A DNA stretch of 64,000 bases from NCBI GenBank assembly GCA_965217865.1, contig CBDCJO010000002.1:3744001-3808000 (forward strand), given 5' to 3'. The DNA is from Candidatus Latescibacterota bacterium (GTDB lineage: Bacteria > Latescibacterota > UBA2968 > SICM01). The notes beneath the pieces are model-generated. The model ran no database searches. It worked only from the letters and a program-made list of their open reading frames with translations, and was not told the origin of the DNA. The translations under genes and the position numbers were made by a program. Below, one piece after another: positions 1-11,019 of the stretch (positions are counted from its first letter, which is position 1; every line of letters begins with the position of its first letter).

Positions 1-622
1 AGACCTGCAGCACGCATCAACCGCGCAACGCGCTTGCGACCGATCCGCTCCCCCTCGGCTACAAGCTCCTCGTATATGCGCGGGACACCGTAGGTGCCAT
101 CAGAACACTTGTGAATCTTCACGATCCGTTCCGTCAGAGCCACATCGGCCTGCGCTCGTGCCGACAGCGGCCGCTTGAGCCACGCGTAGTACCCACTGGT
201 GGAGACTTCCAGGACCCGGCACATCGTGGCTACTTTATAGAAGGCCTGATTGGCTTTCACGAACTCGTAGACTCCCCTGGCACCGAGTTGGTCTCCCGAG
301 CGAACCAGGCCGCGGCTTTTGCAAGGATCTCCCGCTCCTGTCGCAACTGCCTATTCTCGCGGCGCAGTCGTCTGATCTCCTCCCGCTCTTCGGTGGTCAG
401 ACCATCACTGCGGCGGCCCGCATCCAGATCGGCCTGCCACATCCAGTTCCGGATCGCCTGGGCGGACGGCTCGAACTCACGGGACAACTCATGAGGCGTG
501 CGACCCGCTCGCATAACATCTGCCGTTTGAACTCCGGCGGATACGGCGGATGTGTCCTCGGCATCGTGGCATCCTCCTTTTCTGCCAAGTAATAAGGTAT
601 CCACGAAACCGGGTCAAGTCCA
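1..622 (-). mobile_element. IS3-family element, 5' part (OrfA degenerate, OrfB runs off the window)
   Basis: OrfA MPRTHPPYPPEFKRQM...LRRENRQLRQEREILAKAAAWFARE; OrfB frame has GTYGVPRIY; terminal TGGACTTGACCCGGTTTCGTGGATAC at 622-597. Confidence 0.85.
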
Positions 623-733
623 GTTTAGCGGACGGTTTATCAGTTTCGATTCATCGGCTGCAAGGGCGACATCGCTGTACTTCTTGACGGAACCTCGACG
701 GTTTTGCTTCGGACGCAAGGTCGCTTTGTCCGG

Positions 734-1105
734 TTATACCGCAGTTGCCTTTGGACTTGGACCGTGCTGATTCTCCCCCGGTTGACTATCCTTTACCATG
801 AAAACAAGCATAACAATGGCCCCGATGAGCGGAACCAGAACAATAAGCAGCCACCACCCACTGTGGTTAGTGTCGTGGAGCCTTCTAACTGTTACCGCTA
901 TACCGGGAATCAGAACCGCTAAAGTATAGATTCCCCCCAACAAACCCATGCCTGCTTCGAGGCTAAGCGTACCGGTAAGACCATCAATGATCATCAGGAC
1001 GATACTGATGAGAATGTTGAATAGGAAAAAGTACCAATACTCTTTTCGTCTGGATCTTCCGCCAAACACAGCATACTTTTTTAGTACCTCAAGATACCAG
1101 TTCAT
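734..1105 (-). CDS. DUF805 (YhaH-like) inner membrane protein
   Basis: MNWYLEVLKKYAVFGGRSRRKEYW...VTVRRLHDTNHSGWW...PGENQHGPSPK family motifs. Confidence 0.92.
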   Translation of the reverse strand: MNWYLEVLKKYAVFGGRSRRKEYWYFFLFNILISIVLMIIDGLTGTLSLEAGMGLLGGIYTLAVLIPGIAVTVRRLHDTNHSGWWLLIVLVPLIGAIVMLVFMVKDSQPGENQHGPSPKATAV

Positions 1106-1217
1106 GTTTCGCTCCTTTCTCGTCACTACCAGACCTGGCAGGAACGACGCCTGGATGACCGCGAGTTGGTCTATGTTTGGGCCGACGGCATCTACGTCAA
1201 ACCTGGACTTGAGAAAG

Positions 1218-1400
1218 TGATATGACCCGGGAAAAGTGGACAGTGGTTTAAGCCGCTTTCTTCAGCGATAGCCGTTCAAAAAGGGCCGGGGACACATAGT
1301 CCAGGTAAGCGTGCAGCCGCTGATTGTTGTAAAACATTTCGATGTACTCGAAGAGTTCGCGCTCTGCATGATCGAGGTCGATCAAGTCGACGTGATACAG
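1218..1400 (-). pseudogene. IS3-family integrase C-terminal remnant with right end
   Basis: LFEYIEMFYNNQRLHAYLDYVSPALFE followed by an IR-like ACTGTCCACTTTTCCCGGGTCA. Confidence 0.75.
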
Positions 1401-1518
1401 CGCCGTGTGACCCCTGGGGGAAGAACGGGATCTGATCCCTTTCCAATTCTGAAACCCATATTGGTATATCACAAAACCGGTTTTAGGATATTTTAGGGCG
1501 TCGTCCATCCGAGGTAGT

Positions 1519-1821
1519 TTGAAAACGATTTTTACGACTGAGTACGAGGTTCTCCTGCGGCGGCTGATCTCGGCGCGAAAAGCGGACGGAGTGACTCAGC
1601 AGGAGATAGCCAGCCGTCTCGATAAGCCCCAGTCTTTCGTTTCCAAATATGAGCGTCGGGAACGCCGACTAGACGTCTTAGAATTCGTTGTGATCTGTAG
1701 GTCCTTGGGCGTTGACGCGTGCAGCGTCATTAGGGAGATCGAAGATCGCCTACCCGCAGGATATCTCTCTCCAATGAACTTCGAGAAGACCTCCAGCGAT
1801 GTCGCCCTTGCAGTCGACTGA
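1519..1821 (+). CDS. XRE-family helix-turn-helix regulator
   Basis: VTQQEIASRLDKPQSFVSKYERRERRLDVLEF. Confidence 0.85.
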   Translation: MKTIFTTEYEVLLRRLISARKADGVTQQEIASRLDKPQSFVSKYERRERRLDVLEFVVICRSLGVDACSVIREIEDRLPAGYLSPMNFEKTSSDVALAVD

Positions 1822-1864
1822 ATCGCAACTGATAAACCGTCCGCTAAACCGGGGTAACTCCAGT

Positions 1865-2621
1865 CTGGAGTTTCTCGTTCAACGGGGCTGTCAATATCCG
1901 CAAGCTCGGACATGAAACCACGGACATCACGCATGTACGCCCGGTAAGCGTTCTGATGCTGGGCCCGGAACTGAAGAACTTCATCAAGAGGAATAGTAGC
2001 CAGATCAAACGTGACGGGCTCAAGATCCAAGGTAATGATCCTATCTCGCGATGGCATCGATTCTCTTGACAACGTTGCTGTTAGGTCCGCCACGGCTTCA
2101 TGGCAATTTGTTACAGGGTGAATAGTCATGCCGCGTCTCTTACCGGCAACTCGTGAAAGCTGTGCGAGAATGACAAGGATCGTGGTGCGCACGTCGGGAT
2201 GAAGCGGGATTGAAACCCCGTCCTCGCTCGGTCGCGCAAGTCCTTTTGTTTGAAGTTTCACGACTACGGATTTGGCTAGCTTCACGTCAGCACCGTAGCC
2301 GATTCGGGACTGCGACATCTCCGCGAAATACTCAGTCTCTGGAAGGTCATCGAACACACCATTTGCAAGCAACTCAATGATGGTTTCGGCTAGTTTGCCC
2401 GCAACTTCTTGGTCAACCCAGTCGTTGGGATCAAGCACCCGCAACAACCCGCGGTCTTCAAGAGGCTCCGCAAGCGTTGGATCCGCAGCCGTGTTCCGAC
2501 CGTGCATATAGTTCGGTAGCAGAATGGCGATGTCGTCGAAGAAGAGAAGAAGGGATTTTACCCAGTCACTCTCCTCGAAGACCCAATATGGTGCGGGATA
2601 GTAGTACGCAGTTTCGTTCAT
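1865..2621 (-). pseudogene. Hypothetical protein, C-terminally truncated
   Basis: MNETAYYYPAPYW...KSLLLFFDDIAILLP reads as protein to about ERE, then runs antisense into the XRE gene. Confidence 0.55.
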
Positions 2622-2798
2622 TCCGGGAATATTCCTGAAACTCGCAGAGAACTGCCACTTACAAGTTTCGCGGCAAATGCCGCCATGCCGGTTGCAGCCC
2701 TGGCCACCGACATCAACGAAACCGATCCCAACCAATCGCGTCGCTCGGCTCTTCCTCGTGCAACACGACCACGACTCTCCTCCGCTTCCCTCAATGAA

Positions 2799-3770
2799 TC
2801 ACCCGAGTGTTGATGCCATACTGATAAATGATGAAATCGACTTTCCAAGCACTGCAACCCCGGCGTCATGTGGATCCGGTATGTTGAAGCGACTTCTCGC
2901 GGCCCCATTTAATGCAAAGGCGAAGCCCTCTATATTGACGATGTAAAAGATCTTGCCCCGACGCTCAACAATGACACGATCCGCTCGAAACGGCCAATCC
3001 CCTTCGAATTCCGCCTTTGTGACTGCTCGTATGGGATATTCTCCATTAACAATTTCCTGCTCCGATCGCTCAATCCAGTTCTCCTCATCCCGATCCCGCA
3101 GAATGTGCACAGAACGCCGATAATCGGTGGTTCCGAGTTCCTCGTCTCGGATGTTCCTGAATTCCGTATAGACGCCCGACAGCTGACTAATCGTCCCGTT
3201 CCTGTCGACGTGTCCACCGATAGTAAACTGCATCGCCACTGCCCTAACAAGGCGTTCCATTTTCGCAATCAAACGAGAATGAACACGTGGATAGTAGTCC
3301 CGATGAAGCGTCTCTTGATTCTCCAGGAAAGGCGTCGCATCTTCGACATCAGACTCAAGAGCTGTCCATTCATTCCTCGGGTCGATCGGTGGATTAGGAA
3401 CACCACTGACAACATCGAGATTGTAGTATCGCGCCTTTTGCCCAAAAAGAGAGAGGATTCGAATGCATTCTTGCAGGACAGGATCGGTGGTAATGAAGTC
3501 GAATTCTCGCTGAACCCAAGGCCGTTCGGTGCCGCCGTAAAAGTCGGTGCAAACTAGCTTGAGGAGTTTCTGGAGGTTATGGCTAAGGTGCCTTACGTAA
3601 GCGTTGTCTGGATATGAACCATGCTGTCCGTCGTAGACCAGCAGGATGTAGCATTTCATAAACCGCTCCAGCCCGCTCGCCATTAGCTGGTGAGGCAAAT
3701 GGTAAAACGAGTTGCTCATATCGATTTCTTGAAGGTGTCCAAAGCTATACTTGATCAGGTCACGGGACAA
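2799..3770 (-). CDS. Hypothetical protein (possibly HEPN-like N-terminus) next to R-M debris
   Basis: 323-aa ORF with GLERFMKC...HNLQKL...ARYYNLD; start may be further upstream across a frameshift. Confidence 0.6.
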   Translation of the reverse strand: MSRDLIKYSFGHLQEIDMSNSFYHLPHQLMASGLERFMKCYILLVYDGQHGSYPDNAYVRHLSHNLQKLLKLVCTDFYGGTERPWVQREFDFITTDPVLQECIRILSLFGQKARYYNLDVVSGVPNPPIDPRNEWTALESDVEDATPFLENQETLHRDYYPRVHSRLIAKMERLVRAVAMQFTIGGHVDRNGTISQLSGVYTEFRNIRDEELGTTDYRRSVHILRDRDEENWIERSEQEIVNGEYPIRAVTKAEFEGDWPFRADRVIVERRGKIFYIVNIEGFAFALNGAARSRFNIPDPHDAGVAVLGKSISSFISMASTLG

Positions 3771-3839
3771 TTCCAGTTCCTCTAAAAGACAAAAAAACTT
3801 CAGCTTCTTTTGGTTTTGTTCAGTCCTGCCTTCATGGGG

Positions 3840-4300
3840 CTACCTCGTGGTCTGAACGTTTCGCCGGTGCGGTTCCGGGCGTCGACGCGCGTCACGGTCT
3901 TGCACGTTCACTCTCAACTCTCCGGAGACCAGCTTCGGGAGCAGCGTGTCACGTAGGACGGCAAGAGTGCGGACCTCGGTTAGATTGCTCAGGAGGCGTT
4001 CCATGATCGGGGTCACGGTAGACTCAAATGCCTCTGCGACACTCACCGGCGGCAGGGCCAGATCGACAAGAGTGAAGGTCTGGCGCGTGATGGTGTCGAA
4101 AATCGTACCGTGCGTTCGGCTCCGCAGTTCCTCTATCGTGCGTCTGACGAGCCAATATATGAAGAACTCCTGATACCCGCTGGTGCCTCGTATGCCATAG
4201 CAGGTTTGGTTCATGGCCATCCGGCGTCCGAGACATGCAAGCCGCCCGAAGATCCGCACCAAAGGCAGTGGGCTCAGATGCGCAATCGCCGTCGCACGTA
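3840..4300 (-). pseudogene. hsdS: Type I R-M specificity subunit, C-terminal fragment
   Basis: MAMNQTCYGI...HGTIFDTITRQTF...TLAVLRDTLLPKLVSGELRV. Confidence 0.85.
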
Positions 4301-4322
4301 ACGAAATTATACCCGTCCCTCA

Positions 4323-4450
4323 TCAGTAGCCAAAGTTGATCCAGATAGTAGCGTCCCAATCCTTCTCGCAGTATCCGTGAAATGCTGGACTTCCTCCGGC
4401 GTGAGCGGGCGGCCAAGAATATCGCATTCGCGATACGAGATACACGTCAA
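4323..4450 (-). pseudogene. Type ISP/IIG restriction-modification enzyme extreme C-terminal fragment
   Basis: SYRECDILGRPLTPEEVQHFTDTARRI. Confidence 0.6.
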
Positions 4451-4517
4451 ACGTGGTTGCACCAAGCACTGGCCGCGCGGCGTGAAGCGCCGCCATCTTG
4501 CCTTCCAAGCCCTCCCT

Positions 4518-5515
4518 TCACTGTGACCGGTATTCCCGAATGCGGGTCTGATCGATAAGGAGGTGCATTGTTGAGAGCGTGAACACCTTCCCATTGGTTG
4601 CCTGGAGGAGTCGCCGCATATCCCCGCGGCGCACTTTGAACCCACGCCCTGCGATACACGCGATCACGTCGTAGGTATGTCCGGTCTGGTCACGCAACGT
4701 CTGTAGGCGTTGAACACGCGCAACCTTATCGCGCGCCGTTCCGTCGTCTTCCGTAAGCTTCGCTTCGATCAGCGCGATCGGGTTGAATTCATCCGGGATG
4801 ATGAAATCTGGGGCTTGGTCGAAGCCAGTGATACGTTCCGCTCGTTTCGTCTCCCTGAAACTAATCTTGGAGGCCGTCAAAACATCCTTGATTGCTCCCT
4901 CAACCACTTCGCCGACCAGCTCGCTCACTGAATCCCGGTGAGACGCAAAAGGACGCCCAAGAAATCGCTCATAGAGCAATACAGGATATGGGATGCCGAG
5001 GTCAGCGACCGGTTGAAGGCTCTTGACTCCTTCCTTCGTGTCGGACTTGTCAAGCCGATGCAGGACTGTCTCGACTTCGGTGTTGGCACCCGTGGTAAGT
5101 ACTTCTACGCCTACCTCGATCATCGCGTGGACACGAGACGACGTTCCCTCAAAGGCTGCACCCGCATGTTCCGGTCTATCGACCGTGCAGCACCCTGATC
5201 GATAGTCACGCCAGTGATTTCCGACGTTACATAGGCCCACTCCGGCGGCGTAAAACCCAGAATCGCCCTAAACACGATAAAGGCTATCGGCGCAGCTTCC
5301 ACGGCAGCCACAACGGTCGCCGTCGTCACATTGCTGAAAGCGGCTGTCTCACGCTTCAACTCCTGATAGCCCTTCTCGAATGTCTCGTAATCGACAAACC
5401 CGTCGCCGCGCGGCATCTCCAGAAATGTGGACTTCAGCTCGCCGAACACTTCATCGACAAGAGGGTCAAACGAAAGCGCGGGATCGCCGTAGTCAGCATC
5501 AAAACGCAACGGCAT
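4518..5515 (-). pseudogene. PD-(D/E)XK restriction endonuclease-like gene, frameshifted near 5135
   Basis: Two overlapping ORFs; APDFIIPDEFNPIALIEAKLTEDDGTARDK; directly downstream of the DNA methylase. Confidence 0.7.
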
Positions 5516-7691
5516 CGGCCAGTTCCCTCTCTTCTTGTTCGGCAAAAAGACCGCCAATCATGGCGAATTGAGGGACCTTCATGCCTTCTAGCCGTGCGGC
5601 TACGTCATCCACAGTCGCGATGTGGCATCCATCTCTTCCCGGAAGGCAGATAGCTTTTTCTCCGCAGGCAGCGTCGCATCCCACGACGGCCGTAGTCGCC
5701 AGATCGTCATCCGCGTAATGTGCCCAAGCGCAGTGCACCGGATATCCCCCGCTGTCGGCTTCATGCCGGCCGCACGAAGATCCGCCAAGTCCTTTGCCAT
5801 GACGCCGGCGAGCCCGTCGGCATCTTCAAAGAGCCCCGCCCGCGACGCCGTCCCGCGGTCGCGGCAAACAAAAACCGTATCCACGATAGATGAAGCCGTC
5901 CCGTGGATATGGATCGAGCCGCCCATCTCCGCCGGGCATGGCAGCGATGCCGAGCACGTGAGGCCGGCATCGAGAATCGCCATTCCCACCGCCAGGTAAG
6001 CCTCCTGCTTGTTATGGTGATAAGTGAACACGAGAGGCGCGCCCGGTTTGAGCGCCCGTGCCATGCGCGTATACGCGACCGCGAGCCCTTCCGCAAAATG
6101 CGCCAGGTCCCGCTCCTCCGTCTCATTGCCAGTAAGCTCATCCGAGTGCTTTGTCGTCTCCTGTTCGAGCCCAGGGAAGTCTTTCCCCATGAGCTTTCGG
6201 GAGCCAGGCATAGCAGAAGTGCATGAGCTCGCCGTACTGGACCATGCCGTAATATGGCGGGTCAGTGAACACTCCATCGAGGCTTGACGGCTTAAGCTTC
6301 ACCGTCATCGCTGAGGCGCAACGGATGTCAATACGCCGCGCGTGCGCCTCCGGGTTATTCCCCCCGATCCACTCTCCCCGAATGGGAACCGTCACTTTAT
6401 TCTTTCCCTCAAAAGCGACCTCGAAAGGTGCCGTGCAATAGCGTTTCGCTTTCGTGTACTTCGCGATGATGTTGATCCAGCCACCGGAACCTACCGGGAG
6501 CGCGTTGGCGTTGCGGATACCGAGCAGATTCGATTCGACCTGCACGTACCCGACTGGAAAGCCGTGGATCGAGAACACGTCCAGTGACTTCAGCGCCATT
6601 TTGTCGTACCGGCACAGCATGTTCTGGTATCGCAGGAGATCCGATAGATTCGTTGCAAGTGCCCGGCGCAAGCGGAGGTCCTCCACTCTTGCGATTATCT
6701 GCGCGCTTGTTTCAAGGCCAAAAAGCTGACGTGCGTTGAAGAGCTCGCGGAACCGCTCGTAACCCCAGCGATGCAGCCGGGACGATTCATCACCCTCGGG
6801 AATTACATCATCCGGTACAAACCGCGCCGTTAAACCCTGCCATGCTGCTTCTGCTTCTTTGGCCCGCGCCAAGTCGTCCTTGTCAGGCTTCTTGAACAGG
6901 CGGCCAAGCCGGCCCTTGAGATCCGGATTATAGTATTCGATCGCGAACAAACGATGAGATGGTGGGCCGGCTCCGTGAAAAGGCGCACTGTTGACGTGCT
7001 CACAGCGTGGACATGCACATCTGTTACGGGAAACGGGCCCTTTCCTTGTCAACGCCCGTCCACACTGGCAGGCACCGGGATGGTCTGGATCATCAACCTC
7101 GTTGAGATCACCGCAGCACGGGCAGACGAGAACATAGGACGTATGCCGGGCATCCTCCGCCAGCACGTAGCCCGGAAAGAGATCAAAGGCTTTCCGGCAC
7201 ATCGCGCACGTTCCCGTCTTGACCCACAGGAAATACTTGACGTGGGCGGCCTTTCGGCCAGTGATAGGGCATCGCGTCTTGTAGAGGTGTCCGATTTCCT
7301 CCGAGAGGCGATCGAGCAACTCGCCCGCCTTTTTCGTATAAACCTTCAGATCGATCGTGTCGATTTCTTCCCGCACAATCCATGCCGCCATCGGGTTGAT
7401 ATCCGTCCCGATGATGTTGCAGCCGATTCTGTTGGCTTCGAGCAACGGCGTACCGCCGCCCATGAATGGATCGGCAATCGTGACACCTTCGAAGCTGTTG
7501 GCTCGATAGTAGGTATCTTCCACGGGATTGTTCCCAAACTCCGACAGCAGAAGACCGCGGAACAACGTCCCCGGCCGACGTGCGAACCATTTGTGCACTG
7601 CGATGATCGGACGGTAGTTCTGTTGAATCTGCTTTTCACGGAGTGCTAGCGACGCAATGAACCGAATGCTGTAGTTTTCTTCAATTGACAT
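5499..7691 (-). pseudogene. DUF1156-type adenine DNA methyltransferase with Zn ribbon, at least 2 frameshifts
   Basis: HKWFARRPG, DPFMGGGT (motif I), multiple CxxC, TDPPY (motif IV), LVFTYHH in the next frame. Confidence 0.85.
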
Positions 7692-8217
7692 CCGGGGTCC
7701 TCACTCTTGCTTTCCGAACAGCGGCCACTTGTCCGCGATGTACTTTTCCGCTGCCTTCGGTTGATCTGGCAACCGTTATCGGGCTGTTCGATTGATTGCG
7801 AATCTTGCTTGCTACGAGCTGCGGGCCAAGCGCAGACAGTACCAGGATTCGTCGGACAGACGGAACTGCGCCTGCCGCAAGAAGACGTTCTTCGTGTTCA
7901 GTCCGGACGTTACACCGTAGAACCAGCCCCCTTGGGAGAAGTAGCAGAGAACTCTTCGAGCGGTGGTATTCCGCCTGCGATGGCGGGGGCAATAGCGAAG
8001 CCCCAGAAGGTCAGTTGACGCCGGAAGGGGGTGACCTGCCCCCACCTATGTATCCACATCCAGAGTTAGGATGCGGTCGCGATTAGCGGCCCTGAGACCG
8101 CTTCGGCCGCAGGTGGCGATTCGTTGCACCTCGTACATATGAGACGGACGATAAATTTTCATTTAACATGCTGGGAACATGCTGGCATGGTCAGAATCCA
8201 TGATAAGATACCATACC

Positions 8218-8490
8218 TGTCCAAAATCGGTTTTTTCTTTGGACAGCATTTGGATCAGATAGACGATTAAAGACCGTGCCCGAACCGCTAGGTCCTCTTC
8301 GAATCGCCTGAATCCCAGCTTTTCGGGATGTGTTGTGCAATGAAAGGCCCGATCTTCCGGATCATCCAGCTTTTGGACAGCATCTTTGGCCAGTGCAACC
8401 TGGATTTCAGTCTGCCAGAGGGCATTGTGTAAAAACAGTCACTTACTTGTCCAAAAAAGGCCCATTCTGATTTATCTTGGACAACAGTGA
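8218..8490. promoter_or_regulatory. Cluster of TGTCCAA/TTGGACA boxes, two pairs inverted
   Basis: CTGTCCAAA-N12-TTTGGACAG at ~8218-8247, TTTTGGACAG at 8371, TTGTCCAA-N22-TTGGACAA at ~8447-8484. Confidence 0.4.
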
Positions 8491-8807
8491 GATGATACAA
8501 GAAATTGGTGCTCAAAAAAGAGGTGGCCGGCACGGCGTCCCGCTTCTCGTCCGGGCCCCGCATCGCGGGCTCCGGTGCATGGGCAATCTGCTTTGCGCAG
8601 GGTTGTTCTTCTAATTTCGATCGATTCCCACCCGGGTGCAGGAATATAGCCGTTTGGCCGGAAGCTGTCAACCAGAGAGACTTCAGATCCGAGCGATCAG
8701 AAGCGGCGCCAGCATCTACATGGTGTGTCTTATTCCTGTTGACACACGTTCCGGTCGCGGCCCGTTGGATGACGGCGAGGTTCGAAGGCCTTGAGATCCG
8801 CATTAGC

Positions 8808-8960
8808 TTTTTTCAGGGACTGCACAAACTGCATGAATTTCCGGACTTCGCCGTCACGCCGACCTGAAGCCAGTGACAAAAAGTCGACTGATTCCCGCAC
8901 CCTCCAGGCGTCCATGTTCCACAACTTCCTCAAACACAAGAGGTTTCTCTCTCTGGCGTG
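8808..8960 (+). repeat. Diverged ~150-bp direct repeat, copy 1
   Basis: Core CAGGCGTCC.TGTTCCACAACTTCCTCAAA.ACAAG..GTT..CTCTCTGGCGTG shared with 10031-10189. Confidence 0.75.
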
Positions 8961-9179
8961 TGTCGAAGGTTGTTCCGAATCAGTTTGATATTGTCGATCC
9001 GCTCGTATTCTTCAAGCATACATACGACTCCGTGGGTGACTCGATGACACCAAGCCGTCTCGTTTACCCAGACTCCGATGGGCATTTTGTAGGTGAGGCA
9101 GACCCTTCCCCGTGCGGCAGGAAATCCATGTGGATCGGCCCAGTTTGACGAACCCTCATATGACTTCTGATAATTAGCC

Positions 9180-9464
9180 TTACGCCGAGAAACGGAGTTT
9201 TATACCGCAAGCGGCGGACACTTTCGCGAGCGTATCGAGTCGTGGATTTCGTCGGCCAGACAGAGCCCGGGAGAGGGCCACTCGATCCAGCTTGGCTTGG
9301 CGCGCAAGCGCGGACACGCCACCCCGCGCTTCGGCAACGTTGCGAAACGCCTTCATGAGCAAGCGCGGATCGTCGCCCATTTCCTCGACCGCCGCGTTCA
9401 GATAGGCGGCGGCGTCCTCGGGCGTTCTGAGGTAGTCGCTGACCTTATGTTCTCTTACGGGCAT
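9180..9464 (-). CDS. Addiction-module antidote (HTH antitoxin)
   Basis: SDYLRTPEDAAAYLNAA...VAEARGGVSALARQAKLDRVALSRALSGRRNPRLDTL. Confidence 0.9.
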   Translation of the reverse strand: MPVREHKVSDYLRTPEDAAAYLNAAVEEMGDDPRLLMKAFRNVAEARGGVSALARQAKLDRVALSRALSGRRNPRLDTLAKVSAACGIKLRFSA

Positions 9465-9783
9465 TTCGTTTCTCCTGTTTGTACGCTTTCCAGCAGGTCC
9501 GGGCCTTTGCGATGTCGTGGGCTTGACGTTTCTTCGTCCCGCCGCCACACAAAATCACGAGATCTTCACCATCGCGACCATAGTAGACCCGATACCCGGG
9601 GCCGAAGTCGATCCGAAGCTCGTAGACGCCTTCGCCAACGCCCTCGTGATCACCGAAGTTACCCAGTTCTACTCGATCGATGCGTGTCTGGACGCGGGCG
9701 CGGGTCTCGGGACTTTGTGTCTGGAGCCATGCATCGAAATAGTCCGTACCGCTTTCCGAAACGTAGTGGACAACCTTAATCAT
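9445..9783 (-). CDS. RelE/ParE-superfamily addiction-module toxin
   Basis: RIDRVELGNFGDHEGVGEGVYELRIDFGPGYRVYY...LCGGGTKKRQ; overlaps the antitoxin start. Confidence 0.9.
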   Translation of the reverse strand: MIKVVHYVSESGTDYFDAWLQTQSPETRARVQTRIDRVELGNFGDHEGVGEGVYELRIDFGPGYRVYYGRDGEDLVILCGGGTKKRQAHDIAKARTCWKAYKQEKRNARKRT

Positions 9784-10030
9784 TGAGAATGATTGTAGCC
9801 AAATGACCACAGAATGTCAAGTGCTTTCAAATCACCCACTCACCTGACGGATGAAATGGCGGTCCTTTCGTCCTCCCCAAGCGACGTGAAGCACCCCGAG
9901 TCCCTCTCCGATGGCTCCCCCACCAACGTCCCGCCTCGAAGTCCGTGAACGTGCCCCAGGTCCAGCCTGGAGTTGCCCTTGTCGCCCCATCGCCACTTCT
10001 GCCCCGCTGATCCGACTCTACCTCCCGGCC

Positions 10031-10189
10031 TTTTTCAATGACTGGCAAAACTCCCGAAACAACTTCCCGGGCTTCGCCATCGTGCCACACTGGAGCCAAC
10101 GATAAAAAGCCGTCTCGCTGATTCTTGCACCCGGCAGGCGTCCTTGTTCCACAACTTCCTCAAATACAAGGGGTTCTCTCTCTGGCGTG
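10031..10189 (+). repeat. Diverged ~150-bp direct repeat, copy 2
   Basis: Similar to 8808-8960. Confidence 0.75.
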
Positions 10190-10216
10190 ACGGTGAGCGG
10201 TTAGGAAAAGGGTGCG

Positions 10217-10457
10217 GTTGGGGAGCCATATTCCCATCCGCCAATTTCGGCGGTCGTCCGTTAACGCAAGACTCCGTGGGGCAACCCCTTCGGGGTCTTG
10301 TCGTTTCTATCGTATTCACAAATACTTGTGCCACCTCCCCCCCTTCTCTGCCGATTCTTTGTTTCGAAGCGTTTCCCCCGGTGTCCGAGCACAACCGTGG
10401 GGTTGCTGTCCGCTGAGCAGAGATATCTCCTCCGGATTCTCTGATTCTCTGTTTTTC
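10217..10457 (+). repeat. ~240-bp non-coding repeat, copy A (inverted copy at 31775-32014)
   Basis: GTTGGGGAGCCATATTCC...AGAGATATCTC.TCCGGATTCTCTGATTCTCTGTTTTTC aligns along its length with the reverse complement of 31775-32014. Confidence 0.9.
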
Positions 10458-10846
10458 ACTGGCGGATTACCAGCAATACGACCGATTGGCAAAGAGTCTG
10501 ATCTCCGCTCCACACTCGATTTTCGTGCTTACCGACGATGTGCACTTCCCCCGCTTGGCACAGGCGATGCAGCCCGCGAATGCAAGACGGGGTGTATACG
10601 AGGCTATCGCTTCGCCCGCTGAACCTGCGCACTCGGCGCGGTTAGCTGACGGGCCAATCGTTGGGCTTCGGTAAGCGCCTCCTGAGAAAAGTGTGGCTGA
10701 TACTTGGGCTCGGGTTCTGGACATCTGGCGCCTCCACGATCTGGAGGGGAGATACCAAATCATAAGACACTTTACGTCAAAACAGAACGCTACACGCTAT
10801 TCTAAAATCGACCTCTAGACCGCCCGCAGGCTCATAAGCTTGTCCG

Positions 10847-10957
10847 ATGGGGTGGACGCCTCCTCCCGACGGTATCGCAATGTGCCAAGGTGATGGTGTC
10901 TTTCACGACCTGAAGAAGGAGTCATCCGTGAAACAGGTTGGCATCATCGGTATCGAT
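10847..10957 (+). pseudogene. IS110/IS1111-type left end with first codons of transposase
   Basis: ATGGGGTGGACGCC end motif, RBS, then VKQVGIIGID, then truncated. Confidence 0.55.
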
Positions 10958-11019
10958 CCGAGGTATCGGTCCGAGAGAGCCGATGCGGTGATGAGCATCG
11001 GAACTGTGGCAATGAGTAT

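Noticed and set aside
10217-10228. tRNA 3' end (GGGGAGCCA)
   Set aside because: No T-arm or cloverleaf upstream; at most an attachment-site remnant.
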